A stretch of DNA of 48,479 bases from Candidatus Saccharimonadia bacterium (GCA_023260255.1 JALQVV010000079.1:1-48479); one strand, 5' to 3'; numbered from the stretch's first letter, positions 15,148-27,233 are shown. Notes: generated from the letters alone by a model not told the origin. Made by a program: numbers and translations.

Positions 15148-15662
15148 GCGAATCTGTAGCCGCACCAACTGAATTCGCACTACCACCGAGTGTTATCACA
15201 AAGACCGATGTTTCGCGTCTGGTGGCTGAGATCGAAAAGATTGACAATCAATTAACCACCGCTGAAGTGCATGCAAAAGTGGGGGTTGGTACACAAGAGG
15301 AGCCAATGGTCTCGCAGCGCTTGGCTGATTTTTTGACGCAAAACCAACTGACATTGAGTGGTGATGCGGGGGGTAATGATCGCAGTGCATTGATCAAAAC
15401 GCTGCATCAAATGAAAGACAATCTTCCGGTTATTCATATGACATTCGCGGTTGAAGCCGATCAGGAAAGTCTGGCGCAATTAGTGCAGTGGCTGCGAGCC
15501 TCGATCCATCCGCATGCAGTCATTGCGGTGGGGCTTCAGCCAGCACTTATTGCAGGTGTCTATCTGCGTACTCCTAATCATGTTCATGATCTCAGCTTGC
15601 GAGCACAGTTACAGGGCGGTCACGACTTGCTGATCAAAGAGCTGGAGGCTTTCCGTGGCTAA
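15144..15662 (+). CDS. atpH: ATP synthase delta (OSCP)-like subunit, divergent
   Basis: 172 aa. The C-terminal half fits the delta pattern (VIHMTFAVEADQESLAQLVQWL...AVGLQPALIAGVYLRTPNHVHDLSLRAQL). The N-terminal half is not recognisably delta-like. It lies directly upstream of alpha and overlaps it by 8 nt. Confidence 0.6.
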   Translation: MSESVAAPTEFALPPSVITKTDVSRLVAEIEKIDNQLTTAEVHAKVGVGTQEEPMVSQRLADFLTQNQLTLSGDAGGNDRSALIKTLHQMKDNLPVIHMTFAVEADQESLAQLVQWLRASIHPHAVIAVGLQPALIAGVYLRTPNHVHDLSLRAQLQGGHDLLIKELEAFRG

Positions 15663-17304
15663 CGCAAAACAATTTGAAAAGTTGGTTGCAGCGGGTAATC
15701 CGGTCGGCGAGATTATTGGCATCGATTCATTCATGGTGAGCGTGCGGGGACTGCAACCTACCAATGTCCACGCAACCGTGCGGTTTGATAATGATACGCG
15801 TGGCTATGTGCACCAGGTATTTGAAGACCATGTCGTGGTGATGAGGCTTGACCCGACGCCACTCCGTATTGGTGCAGTGTGCGTCATTGAGGGGCGCGAT
15901 ATCATGACACCTGTTGGCAAAAATTTCATTGGCCGTGTGGTGAATGTTTTTGGTGAACCGATCGATGGTAAAGGTGATATTGTGGCCGATCAAGAGTGGG
16001 ATGTTTTTCACCCAGCACCAATGTTGTATGAACGCGAGCTATTGGATACACCAGTCGAGACGGGCGTGACACTGCTGGACCTCGAATATTCACTGGCTCG
16101 TGGGCAGCGCATGGCAATGTTGGGTGACAGTAAGGTGGGCAAGACGGCGCTTGCAGCTCAGGCGGCAATTAATCAAAAAAATACCGACATCACGGTTATC
16201 TATGTGCTGATTGCTAAACGTCAGCATGACGTCGCCGAGCTCGTGAGCAACTTGGAAAAAAACGACGCCCTCAAAAAGGCGGTCGTCGTCGTTACCAACT
16301 CGTTTGAATCACTCATTCTCACCTACTTAGTACCCTATGTTGGTGCTGCACATGGCGAATATTTTTGGCACAAACTAAACATGGACACACTGGTGATTTA
16401 TGACGATCTCACCGCGCATGCACAGGCATATCGGGAAATTTCGTTGATCGCTGGCGTCAGTCCAGGTCGTGACAGCTACCCAGGTGACATGTTCTACACG
16501 CACTCGAGTTTGCTCGAACGCGGCGGCAAAACAGAGTCAAATCATGCCAGCCAAACCCTGATACCGATCGTCTATGCGCCGGGTGGCGATATTACCGCTT
16601 ACCTGCCAACCAATATTATGTCGATCACGGACGGCCAGTGGATTTTGGATGGTCAGATTTTCAAAGATACGATGCGCCCGGCAGTGAGCACGGGATTGTC
16701 GGTGACGCGTGTTGGTGGTGTTGGCCAAAACAAGCGTCAAAAAGCTTTGGCCGATCAACTCAACCGCACCTTGGCCGGCTATCGAAGCGCCGAAGAATAT
16801 GCGCACTTTGGTACCGAGCTATCACCCCAGGCACAGGCCGACTACGACAAAGGCAAGGTGCTGTTTAAATTGATGAATCAAGCGATTGGCGAGATTTATA
16901 ATTATACCGAACAGCAATTTATCATGAGTATCGTGTTGGAGAGCAAGCCCGAGGAAATTATCAATGTCGATTTGCTTAAGCAAAAAGTACATAACTATGC
17001 GCCAAAGTTGCAAGAAGACAAGAAAACACTCGAGGGCAATTTTGATGAGTTGGCGGCCGCTCTTAAAGCCGAAGTAACAACGATCGACGAAGTGAAGAAA
17101 GCGGCAATCGAGAAGCAGGCCAAAATCGATGCTGAAAAGAAGCGTCAGGCCGAAGAAGCTGCAGCCGCCGAGGGTGCCGCTCAACCAGCTGCACCGGCAA
17201 CAACAGAAAAACCAAACGAAAAGCGGGATGAGAAAGAGAAGCAGACCGAAGATAAAACAGTCGGCGAATTACAGCAAGCGCTGAATGAGGTATCAAAGAA
17301 ATGA
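15655..17304 (+). CDS. atpA: F1 ATP synthase alpha subunit, divergent, with a ~70-aa K/E/A-rich C-terminal tail
   Basis: Alpha-like strings include GRVVNVFGEPIDGKG, VIYDDLTAHAQAYREISL, PGRDSYPGDMFYTHSSLLER and PTNIMSITDGQ. The P-loop reads GDSKVGKT where GDRQTGKT is canonical. GTG start. Confidence 0.85.
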   Translation: MANAKQFEKLVAAGNPVGEIIGIDSFMVSVRGLQPTNVHATVRFDNDTRGYVHQVFEDHVVVMRLDPTPLRIGAVCVIEGRDIMTPVGKNFIGRVVNVFGEPIDGKGDIVADQEWDVFHPAPMLYERELLDTPVETGVTLLDLEYSLARGQRMAMLGDSKVGKTALAAQAAINQKNTDITVIYVLIAKRQHDVAELVSNLEKNDALKKAVVVVTNSFESLILTYLVPYVGAAHGEYFWHKLNMDTLVIYDDLTAHAQAYREISLIAGVSPGRDSYPGDMFYTHSSLLERGGKTESNHASQTLIPIVYAPGGDITAYLPTNIMSITDGQWILDGQIFKDTMRPAVSTGLSVTRVGGVGQNKRQKALADQLNRTLAGYRSAEEYAHFGTELSPQAQADYDKGKVLFKLMNQAIGEIYNYTEQQFIMSIVLESKPEEIINVDLLKQKVHNYAPKLQEDKKTLEGNFDELAAALKAEVTTIDEVKKAAIEKQAKIDAEKKRQAEEAAAAEGAAQPAAPATTEKPNEKRDEKEKQTEDKTVGELQQALNEVSKK

Positions 17305-17410
17305 TCTGCAACTATAGGGAAAAGAGCAGCCAGAGTCGGTGGATTCATTCCGCGACACTGCGCGATGAGAAAAACCGCCAGGTTTGTCTTATGAGCCGGA
17401 GGCGCAAGTT

Positions 17411-19718
<2,308 letters not shown>

Positions 19719-19719
<1 letters not shown>

Positions 19720-20033
19720 TGGCCGACGAAACCCCAACGCCAGCAGTTACCGAATCCGAACAGCCGGCCAATACGCATGATGGCAAACCAATCATGGAGG
19801 TAAAAGTCTATGCGCCGTTCCAGGTGTATTTCGAAGGGAGCGCCTACAGTGTGAGCGCGGTCAATGACACGGGGCCATTTGATATTTTGCCTCGTCACCA
19901 TAATTTCCTTTGTATGCTAGTACCCTGTAACTTGGTTGTGAAACCTGTTGAAGGTGATTCAAAAATCATCAAGGTTCATCGCGCACTTATGCACGTCAAG
20001 GCTGACCGTGTCGTGGTGTTTATGGATGTCTAA
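19719..20033 (+). CDS. atpC: F1 ATP synthase epsilon subunit, short form (beta-sandwich only)
   Basis: 104 aa, with its start overlapping the beta stop (TAATG). It is epsilon-like (VYAPFQVYFEGSAYSVSAVNDTGPFDILPRHHNF...) but has no C-terminal helical hairpin and carries a ~25-aa N-terminal extension. Confidence 0.75.
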
Positions 20034-21052
20034 CCCGCAACAAAATAATCAAACGCAAAGGTTTTGTTCGCTGCCGGGGCACTGTTGGTACACAAACTAA
20101 ACCCTTTCGTGTCGCGATCAACGTAGTAATCCATTGTTGCTGCGCCAGATCCTACAGGACTGATAATGACCCGTGGTTGGCTGGCGAATGCCCGTTGAAA
20201 ATTCACCTTCACGATGCAGCCCGAACCATTGGGACCATTGCCAGAATTCATGTTAATTGTTCCCGAAGTATCCGAACCGTTAATTGATACGGATCCACCG
20301 CTACCCAGAATGCCGCTCCCAATAATAGAACGGCTCGGTGATGGGCCAGTGAAGCTCAGGTGGTTAGGAAGTTGCAGTACACCATCACCACTCAAAATGA
20401 GTCGGGTGACGGTGATCTGTGACGCCGTAACTGTGCCGCTAAATGACGAGGCGCCCGATACGTTTAAATCACGGAGCGTTGTGGTGCCCTGGATGGCGGT
20501 ATTTTGTGCTACTTGCAGACTATTGATTTGTGTCGCGCCAAGATTGGTCTGGCCTGATATGGTGATATTTGGTGCCTGAATACTGCCGCCCACTTGCAAA
20601 TTGCCTGCGACGTTCAAGTTACCGCGAGCTAATGTTTGCCCCGAAATAACCGCATTGCCCTGAATGGTGAGTGTTTGCGATGTGTTGCCAACTGATGTGT
20701 CGGTATTGGCTAATTGCTTGAGAGCCTCGGGTGTCAGGTTTTGCGATGCAATGTTTGGTGTTTCGGGTGGTTTTTGGCTATTGAGATAATTCACAATGGT
20801 GACAGCTGCCGCCACAATCACCATTAAAATAAATAGCAGCAAATACACGTTCACCCGACGAAAGAATCGCCGTACAGGCGAGATCTTTTTTTCTGCCGGA
20901 TTATCCTTTGATGCATCGGTCGTCGTTGCCTTTTCGGCAGCTTCTTGCTCCAAATCATCGGGCGTGCGACTTAATGCATCAGCTGGGGCTTGCTGCTCAT
21001 CTTTTGAATTTTCGCCATCTTCCGGCGGCGTATTAGATTTGTCGGGCTCCAT
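20030..21052 (-). CDS. Single-pass membrane protein with an extracellular beta-helix-like repeat region and an H-type-lectin-like C-terminal domain
   Basis: 340 aa with an acidic N-terminus and TM VYLLLFILMVIVAAAVTIV. Degenerate repeats follow (NLNVAGNLQVGGSIQAPNITISGQTNLGATQINSLQVAQNTAIQGTTTL). The C-terminus (IVKVNFQRAFASQPRVIISP...DTKGFSLCT...FAFDYFV) fits the H_lectin pattern. Confidence 0.6.
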   Translation of the reverse strand: MEPDKSNTPPEDGENSKDEQQAPADALSRTPDDLEQEAAEKATTTDASKDNPAEKKISPVRRFFRRVNVYLLLFILMVIVAAAVTIVNYLNSQKPPETPNIASQNLTPEALKQLANTDTSVGNTSQTLTIQGNAVISGQTLARGNLNVAGNLQVGGSIQAPNITISGQTNLGATQINSLQVAQNTAIQGTTTLRDLNVSGASSFSGTVTASQITVTRLILSGDGVLQLPNHLSFTGPSPSRSIIGSGILGSGGSVSINGSDTSGTINMNSGNGPNGSGCIVKVNFQRAFASQPRVIISPVGSGAATMDYYVDRDTKGFSLCTNSAPAANKTFAFDYFVAG

Positions 21053-21134
21053 ATGTATGTTTCGGTTATGCTTGTCTACAGTCTACTACACTTGCCGGAT
21101 TGGTACCAGTAGGTGATAATACAGAGTAAAGCTT

Positions 21135-21875
21135 ATGCGAAAACAGAGAGTGTGGTATACAGGGAGATTTCTACTGCTCGTGGCAGTGATTGCTGGTATC
21201 AGCGCGCCAGCAGCCTTTGCGCAGTCGTCCAAATCAACCAATTACCAGGCCACCGAGACACAGTTTGGTGCTGGGTCTACCAAGGAACAGTGCTCCAGTC
21301 AGTACTGTACGCGCACCTCAATTGGCGATATGGCCGTTGGCGATAGCGATAGCAGCCAGCACACGGCTACGTTTGGCCCTATTACACCGGACGAGCCCAT
21401 GCTCGAGGTAATTGTTGACCCAGGGGTATCTAACCTTGGTGTCCTGACAGCCGAGCACACCGCGACCAAAACGACCACTGTGCAAGTTCGTAACTATCTG
21501 AGCAACGGCTATGTTCTCCAAATCACTGGCAATCCACCCAAATACGCCAATCACACATTAGCCGCACCATCATCACCAACTGCTTCAACACCGGGTACCG
21601 AACAGTTTGCCATCAATGCAGCCGACAATTCCACGCCTGATATTGGTGCGGCGGCCATCCAGGTACCATCAGGTCAGTTCAGCTTTGGTGTTGTCGATGC
21701 TGGATACAGCACGCCCAATCTATTCAAATATGTCAGTGGTGATGTCGTTGCCCGCAGCCCCAGTGCATCCGGTCGTACTGACTACACCATTAGCATGATC
21801 GTCAACATTGCCAACAATACGCCGGCCGGACATTATCAGGGTGATTTTGCAGCAGTTGTCATACCCGTTTATTAA
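21135..21875 (+). CDS. Secreted 246-aa paralogue of the surface-cluster family (C-terminal PAG-Y strand); minor subunit candidate
   Basis: Signal peptide is LLLVAVIAGISAPAAFA. It shares GTEQFAINAA and the C-terminal NNTPAGHYQGDFAAVVIPVY with the 613-, 365- and 411-aa proteins. Confidence 0.75.
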   Translation: MRKQRVWYTGRFLLLVAVIAGISAPAAFAQSSKSTNYQATETQFGAGSTKEQCSSQYCTRTSIGDMAVGDSDSSQHTATFGPITPDEPMLEVIVDPGVSNLGVLTAEHTATKTTTVQVRNYLSNGYVLQITGNPPKYANHTLAAPSSPTASTPGTEQFAINAADNSTPDIGAAAIQVPSGQFSFGVVDAGYSTPNLFKYVSGDVVARSPSASGRTDYTISMIVNIANNTPAGHYQGDFAAVVIPVY

Positions 21876-21889
21876 ATTTTTGTAAATTG

Positions 21890-21999
21890 TTGTGGAAAAC
21901 TCTATTGCACATCACATATTACTTATGATAAAATTCGCCCGTACCCCTTGTATAAGGAACTAAAACAAACATTAAAGAATTAGGAGATATACAAACACC
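21890..21999 (+). promoter_or_regulatory. Promoter and leader of the 613-aa subunit gene; paralogous to 27119-27233
   Basis: Contains the shared box TTGTGGAAAACTC (21890-21902), TTGCAC (21905-21910), extended -10 TGaTAAAAT (21926-21934), the shared leader AAAACAAACATTAAA and an AGGAG RBS. Confidence 0.5.
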
Positions 22000-23841
22000 A
22001 TGTATACACTCAAATCAATCGTGCGACGCGGCTCGATGCTTGGTGCATCCGTTGCTTTATTGGCAGCAACGGTCATCCCAGCGGCGCCCGCATTTGCCGA
22101 TGCGTTGAACCCGCTGACAGAGCGTAGTTTGACGCTTTCAAGCTCATCACCGGGCTGGGCATTTACGGACGGTTCGGGCAATACCACCTATGCACCACCT
22201 AATAGCGGTGCGAACGGTCAAAAAACAGGTAACTACTTTGATTTCAAAGTTAGTAGCGCAGCTACTGTTAAAACGTTCTCGTTTCAGTACTGTACTACTT
22301 CGGCTGGTAGCTGTGAAATCCCAGGTAACGACGTAGCGCGAGGTACTGACACGTCGACGACGAGTGACTTGAATGTCAATTATCCGTCAGCCTCGGAAAT
22401 TGGAAGTAGTGACTTTGCCACGGTTGTTGATAGTGCAACCGGCACAGTGAAGGCTGTTCCTGGTTACGTAAACAATAACCCTAAATATCAGGCAGCTGGC
22501 GGTACCGGTGATCCAGCCGAGGCGGCCAAGAACGTTGCAGGTAACTTCATTGTTATGCGTAACGTTGCTGGTACTTGGACGCAATCTACTGGCTGGACGG
22601 CACAAGCACATAACGTTGATGATGGTACGGGTGTAACTAATAACTACATTACCCTTACAAATGCCAGCGGCGTTGCACTGTCAGTTGGCCAGCAAGTGAA
22701 GGTGTTGTTCTTTGCAACTGGCACTAATTACATCACTAACCCGGGTGCAGGTGCGTTCTTCGTAAAAATTAATACGTATAATGTACCGTTTGAAGATTCA
22801 GTAACACCTACTGCTCCAGCAGTGAATAGAAGTGGTCTTCAGCCTGCTACGGACACCAATGTCATCGACGGTGGTGTAACGGTAGCGAACGTGATGAACC
22901 AATCAATTCAGATTACGACAAAGGTATTGGAAACGATGGAATTCTCTGTCGGTACCGTTGATCCAAATACGCTCACAAGTGCTGAACTCGCTGCGTCTGA
23001 TTACGCTAGCGCTACCCATATCCCTTGCGGTCGAGTTCTGACTCGTATGACTCCAAGCGATCCGCAGAACGTTTTGCAACTTGGTAACCAAAGTGCTGAA
23101 AGTTCGCTAGAAACAGCCAAGGCATACGCCACACACTCATACTGGCGACTTAGCTCCAACTCATCTGGTGGTGCGACGGTATACTACTCCGGCCATACGC
23201 TTGCCAACACCTCAGGTGATGAAATCCGACCTATAAACGGTGGTAATAATACCGCAGCAACCTCAGCGCCAGGCTCAGAACAGTTTGGCCTCGCGCTTGC
23301 CACGACTGCTCTATCTGGCTCACCAACCTTTAACACAGGTACTCATGGTGTTAACTACGTACAAGACCGTGATACTGGTAAAGTTTGGGAAAACGGTGCT
23401 GACAACGGCAAGATCGGTATTAGCAGCGATACACTTGAAGATCTCGGTGCAGTGTATACCGGTACGGCACCTGCATTGTGGAGTCCCAACGATTCTAACT
23501 GGGATTACACGACAACTCCTCTGAATCAGAGCTACCATACCTCACGTCTTGATCCACTTGCGCCACTGGCTAATTACGGTAATGGCTCAGGAAGAATCAA
23601 CGGTGACGACAGCTTAGACAAGAATGGTGTCGCATTCGGACAGCCTGGTTATGATACAACGAATGCGCAGTTTGCCTTCGATAAAATGTCAGACACAGTG
23701 CCACGTGCTGTTGCATCTGAATCTGATCAGGTTGTCGACTGTGTAACTGCCAAGGTGCGTTACGTTGCAAACATCGCTGCAACCACACCTGCTGGTATCT
23801 ACACGACCAAAGTTAACTGGATTGCAGCCCCTCAGTACTAG
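22000..23841 (+). CDS. Secreted 613-aa major subunit candidate of the WxL/Csc-like (or pilin-like) surface cluster
   Basis: Signal peptide is LLAATVIPAAPAFA. Family motifs are ERSLTLSSS, FSFQYCTTSAGSC, VLETMEFSVG and GSEQFGLALA. The C-terminus is ATTPAGIYTTKVNWIAAPQY. It has its own promoter and is followed by a terminator. Confidence 0.8.
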   Translation: MYTLKSIVRRGSMLGASVALLAATVIPAAPAFADALNPLTERSLTLSSSSPGWAFTDGSGNTTYAPPNSGANGQKTGNYFDFKVSSAATVKTFSFQYCTTSAGSCEIPGNDVARGTDTSTTSDLNVNYPSASEIGSSDFATVVDSATGTVKAVPGYVNNNPKYQAAGGTGDPAEAAKNVAGNFIVMRNVAGTWTQSTGWTAQAHNVDDGTGVTNNYITLTNASGVALSVGQQVKVLFFATGTNYITNPGAGAFFVKINTYNVPFEDSVTPTAPAVNRSGLQPATDTNVIDGGVTVANVMNQSIQITTKVLETMEFSVGTVDPNTLTSAELAASDYASATHIPCGRVLTRMTPSDPQNVLQLGNQSAESSLETAKAYATHSYWRLSSNSSGGATVYYSGHTLANTSGDEIRPINGGNNTAATSAPGSEQFGLALATTALSGSPTFNTGTHGVNYVQDRDTGKVWENGADNGKIGISSDTLEDLGAVYTGTAPALWSPNDSNWDYTTTPLNQSYHTSRLDPLAPLANYGNGSGRINGDDSLDKNGVAFGQPGYDTTNAQFAFDKMSDTVPRAVASESDQVVDCVTAKVRYVANIAATTPAGIYTTKVNWIAAPQY

Positions 23842-23876
23842 ATCTAGTAATCTTGTTGACTACAGTATAGTAAATC

Positions 23877-23904
23877 AAAACCGGTCCCAAGTGGGCCGGT
23901 TTTG
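23877..23904 (+). terminator. Intrinsic terminator after the 613-aa gene
   Basis: AAAACCGGTCCC-AAGT-GGGCCGGTTTT: a 7-bp GC stem with one bulge, flanked by an A-run and a T-run. Confidence 0.7.
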
Positions 23905-23922
23905 TATAGTACAATAACAGGT

Positions 23923-24999
23923 ATGCAACATAAGTTGTTTCGCTTTCATGCGCTTGCGCATCCGTTGCACCACATGGGGGTTGTGGATTTCCTATGTTTG
24001 TTTGTGGCATTGTTTATGTTTGTTATACCGGTATCGGCGTCGACGCGCTTCCAGGAGCGCGGACTATATATGAATAGTACGACCCCAGGGGCAACAACTT
24101 CCTATACAGTATCATTTCGTTACATGACTCCTGTCACAACTGGTTCAGTAGATATGCTGTTTTGTATCAATCCAATTCCGTATGAGCCATGCGTGACACC
24201 ACCTGGTCTGGATGTATCGAACGCTGTATTGAGCGACCAGTCGGGCGAGACAGGGTATACGGCCGATATTCGGTCAGCGAATCATATCGTACTGACGCGT
24301 ACACCATCAGTAATATCGAGCGGTGATATGTCATCATACAAATTTGATAATATTGTTAACCCTACAGATACGGCCACATCGTTTTCGATACGTCTCAGTA
24401 GTTATGCGTCCACCAATGCCACGGGTCCACTTATTGACTTTGGGTCGGTGAAGGGACAAGTGACAAATGGCATCACAATCGAAACGCAGGTGCCGCCTAT
24501 GCTGATATTCTGCGTGGCGGAACAAGTATCTGAGGATTGTAGTAATACGAATGATAATTATTACACCGACATGGGCCAGTTGGATGCTAATTCGACACTG
24601 ACAGCGCAGTCACAAATGGCTGTCGGCACCAATGCGACTGGCGGCTTTGCAATCATGGCCAACGGCGCACCCCCAGCAGCAGGTACGAATGTGATTGATG
24701 CGCCATCCGTACCAACACTAAGCGAAAAGGGCAGTAATCAATTCGGAATTAACTTAGTCGCTAATACGTCGCCAGCTGTTGGTAATGACCCCGAGGGAGC
24801 ATTTGCGAATGCTATACCATCCCCTGATTATAGTGTGCCTGATCAGTACAAGTTTGTATCAGGCGATGTTGTTGCGTACTCACCAAATGTCAGCTTGGTG
24901 CGAAAATTCACTGTTAGTTATATTCTCAATTCGAGTCAAGATCTGCGCCCCGGTGTGTATAGCACAACGATCACCTACATAGCCAGCGGCCGCTTTTAA
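23923..24999 (+). CDS. Secreted ~358-aa paralogue of the surface-cluster family
   Basis: The track start (TTG at 23902) lies inside the terminator, so I prefer the ATG at 23923 (ATG at 23974 is also possible). Signal-like segment is FLCLFVALFMFVIPVSAS. Family motifs are ERGLYMNSTTPG, MLFCINPIPYEPC, PPMLIFCVAE and GSNQFGINLV. The C-terminus is LRPGVYSTTITYIASGRF. Confidence 0.7.
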   Translation: MQHKLFRFHALAHPLHHMGVVDFLCLFVALFMFVIPVSASTRFQERGLYMNSTTPGATTSYTVSFRYMTPVTTGSVDMLFCINPIPYEPCVTPPGLDVSNAVLSDQSGETGYTADIRSANHIVLTRTPSVISSGDMSSYKFDNIVNPTDTATSFSIRLSSYASTNATGPLIDFGSVKGQVTNGITIETQVPPMLIFCVAEQVSEDCSNTNDNYYTDMGQLDANSTLTAQSQMAVGTNATGGFAIMANGAPPAAGTNVIDAPSVPTLSEKGSNQFGINLVANTSPAVGNDPEGAFANAIPSPDYSVPDQYKFVSGDVVAYSPNVSLVRKFTVSYILNSSQDLRPGVYSTTITYIASGRF

Positions 25000-25046
25000 T
25001 GATAAAATACGGCTTATACTTATACAAATAAAACGTGAGGGATAAA

Positions 25047-26114
25047 ATGAAACGCTTTACGAGCATTGTCAGTGCCGCGTTTGCAGTCGTGATTGCTGCT
25101 GCTTATACTATCGCAATACCAGTTCAACCAGTCTCAGCCCAATCTTCGGCGGCGCTGAGTATCGCACCAAAGAAAAACTATGTTATTGAACCGGGCAAAT
25201 CGGTTAAAGACAAGCTGACCATTCGCAACCTTGATAATTCCTCACCGCTACAATTGACTCTTCGTGTTGTTGACTTCACCTTTACCGATGATGGCGGCAC
25301 GCCAAAACTGTTTTTGGCCGAGGATGCGCCCCAAACCACGTGGTCACTTAAACCATTTATGACAGTTCCAAAGAGTGTCACCATTCCAAAAAACGGTAGC
25401 AAGACACTTGATATGAGTGTAGCAATCCCAGCAGGTCATGGTGCGGGTAGCTATTATAGCGCTATCATCTATTCAACGGGCGCTCCTGACGGCGGTAATG
25501 TCGGCCTAGCAGCATCTGGTGTAACATTGGTATTTACTAATATTCCAGGCAAGGTAAACGAAGATCTCAAACTAGAGAAGTTTGGTGCATATAGGGAGGC
25601 CACGGCTAATAACCCAGCGAGTTACCTGTTTCTCACTACCGACGAGCCACAAAAGATTGCTTATACCCTGAAAAACAGTGGCAACGTCACCGAGGCGCCT
25701 GCCGGTAGTATTACACTGAATGGATGGTTTGGTAGTCCGATTACTATCAATAATGTGAATCCTAATGGATCACTGGCGCTGATTGGTCAGTCCCGTACAT
25801 ATACTGCATGTATTAAGCTGAAGGATGCAGAAGTTGACTTTAATGGGCAAAAGACGAAGTCGACAGCCTGTGATTCACCTGGTCTATTCCCGGGTTACTA
25901 TTCTGCCAAACTCGATTTATTCTATGGCCAAAACGGTAATCGCACCCAAGAAATCATTGGCAGTGCAGGATTCTGGTACCTACCTTGGTGGTTTATTATC
26001 CTGGTGATTGTCGTCCTTGCGATTCTAGCCTTTGTTATCTGGCGTGTCTATGGCTGGGTGCGAGTCAAACTGTACGGCCCTCAGTACAAAAAACGCTCGT
26101 CACGCCGCCGATAA
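25047..26114 (+). CDS. DUF916/DUF3324-like (WxL-interacting-protein-like) protein with a C-terminal TM anchor and basic tail
   Basis: The ATG at 25047 is preceded by GAGGGA. It has a signal peptide and the strings LSIAPKKNYVIEPGKSVKDKLTIRNLDNSSPLQLT, PKNGSKTLDMSVAIPAGHGAGSYYSAIIY and PGYYSAKLDLFYG. The C-terminal TM is WWFIILVIVVLAILAFVIW followed by KKRSSRRR. Confidence 0.7.
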   Translation: MKRFTSIVSAAFAVVIAAAYTIAIPVQPVSAQSSAALSIAPKKNYVIEPGKSVKDKLTIRNLDNSSPLQLTLRVVDFTFTDDGGTPKLFLAEDAPQTTWSLKPFMTVPKSVTIPKNGSKTLDMSVAIPAGHGAGSYYSAIIYSTGAPDGGNVGLAASGVTLVFTNIPGKVNEDLKLEKFGAYREATANNPASYLFLTTDEPQKIAYTLKNSGNVTEAPAGSITLNGWFGSPITINNVNPNGSLALIGQSRTYTACIKLKDAEVDFNGQKTKSTACDSPGLFPGYYSAKLDLFYGQNGNRTQEIIGSAGFWYLPWWFIILVIVVLAILAFVIWRVYGWVRVKLYGPQYKKRSSRRR

Positions 26115-26166
26115 AGCTTAGGTATCTTTCGTAACAGGCGGGGGCACGGTACAATAAGGCACAAGC

Positions 26167-27102
26167 ATGATGGGTAAGATTGCGACAAGCAGCGTGCGGT
26201 GGGCATTCCTGACGATAATCAGTGTGTGCTTGCTGGTAGTGTTTGGATATGTACAGCGTGCGTCGGCAATCAATCCACTACCAACGCCCGATCCCAAGCC
26301 GGGATCATACGGTATCGAAGCCACCAAGCCAAAACCACCGCCAACTCAAGGCGCAACCATCACCATCCCGGGCAATGGTGCTTCGTTCAGTTCGTCACCA
26401 ATTGAAGTAAGGGGTATTTGCCCCAATGGCCTGTTGGTGCAGGTGTACAACAACGGAGTGATGGTGGGGTCGGTTATGTGTGCGAATGGCAGCTTTGGTC
26501 TCCAGGTCAGCCTGTTTGCAGGTACCAACGAACTATCAGCTATTGTTTATGACGAGCTTGATCAGGCCGGGCCGACATCCAATACGATAACAGTGACCTA
26601 CAGCGACACGCGCTTTACGGCGTTTGGCGCGCTCGTTACACTTACCAGCTCGTATGGACGTCGCTCGGCGCCAGTAGGCACCCAGCTTAGCTGGCCGTTG
26701 CAGTTATCCGGAGGTACGGGGCCGTATGCATTTAGCATTGATTGGGGCGATGGAACCAAGCCTGAACTCAAAAGTCAGTCTCTGGCAGGCCTCGTGACTA
26801 TCACGCATGTGTATAAAAAAGCGGGTATATATCAGGTGAATATCAAGGTTACGGATGTCAATGGCGTTAGTGCATTCCTGCAAGTCATTGCAGTCAGTAG
26901 TGGTAAGGTTGACGGTTCGACGTCAGGATCCGCAGACGACAAGGCAACAAATACTACCACCGGTCCACCACAGATATTATGGATACCTACGGCCGTATCG
27001 CTAGTATTACTCTTCCCGGCGTATTGGTTAGGTCGCCGTAGTCAGGTCCTTTCACTCCGCAACAAAATGCTCAAAGAGCGTGACAGCTACAAAGAGAAAT
27101 AG
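26167..27102 (+). CDS. Membrane-anchored protein with Ig-like and PKD domains
   Basis: It has a signal peptide and a PKD signature (GGTGPYAFSIDWGDGTKPE...ITHVYKKAGIYQVNIKVTDVNGVSA). The C-terminal TM is IPTAVSLVLLFPAYWL, followed by a cytoplasmic tail. Confidence 0.8.
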   Translation: MMGKIATSSVRWAFLTIISVCLLVVFGYVQRASAINPLPTPDPKPGSYGIEATKPKPPPTQGATITIPGNGASFSSSPIEVRGICPNGLLVQVYNNGVMVGSVMCANGSFGLQVSLFAGTNELSAIVYDELDQAGPTSNTITVTYSDTRFTAFGALVTLTSSYGRRSAPVGTQLSWPLQLSGGTGPYAFSIDWGDGTKPELKSQSLAGLVTITHVYKKAGIYQVNIKVTDVNGVSAFLQVIAVSSGKVDGSTSGSADDKATNTTTGPPQILWIPTAVSLVLLFPAYWLGRRSQVLSLRNKMLKERDSYKEK

Positions 27103-27118
27103 TGATCTCTCTGTAAGA

Positions 27119-27233
27119 TTGTGGAAAACTCGTGTAAAAAGTACTTGACAAGCATAAGCATAGCTGTGATACACTAGACCCGTTCCTAGACAAAACAAAA
27201 AACATTAAAAATGTGAGGAGAGAAGGAGGAATC
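27119..27233 (+). promoter_or_regulatory. Promoter and leader of the 411-aa subunit gene; paralogous to 21890-21999
   Basis: Contains the shared box TTGTGGAAAACTC (27119-27131), TTGACA (27145-27150), TGaTACACT (27167-27175), the shared leader AAAACAAAAAACATTAAAA and an AAGGAGG RBS. Confidence 0.5.
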
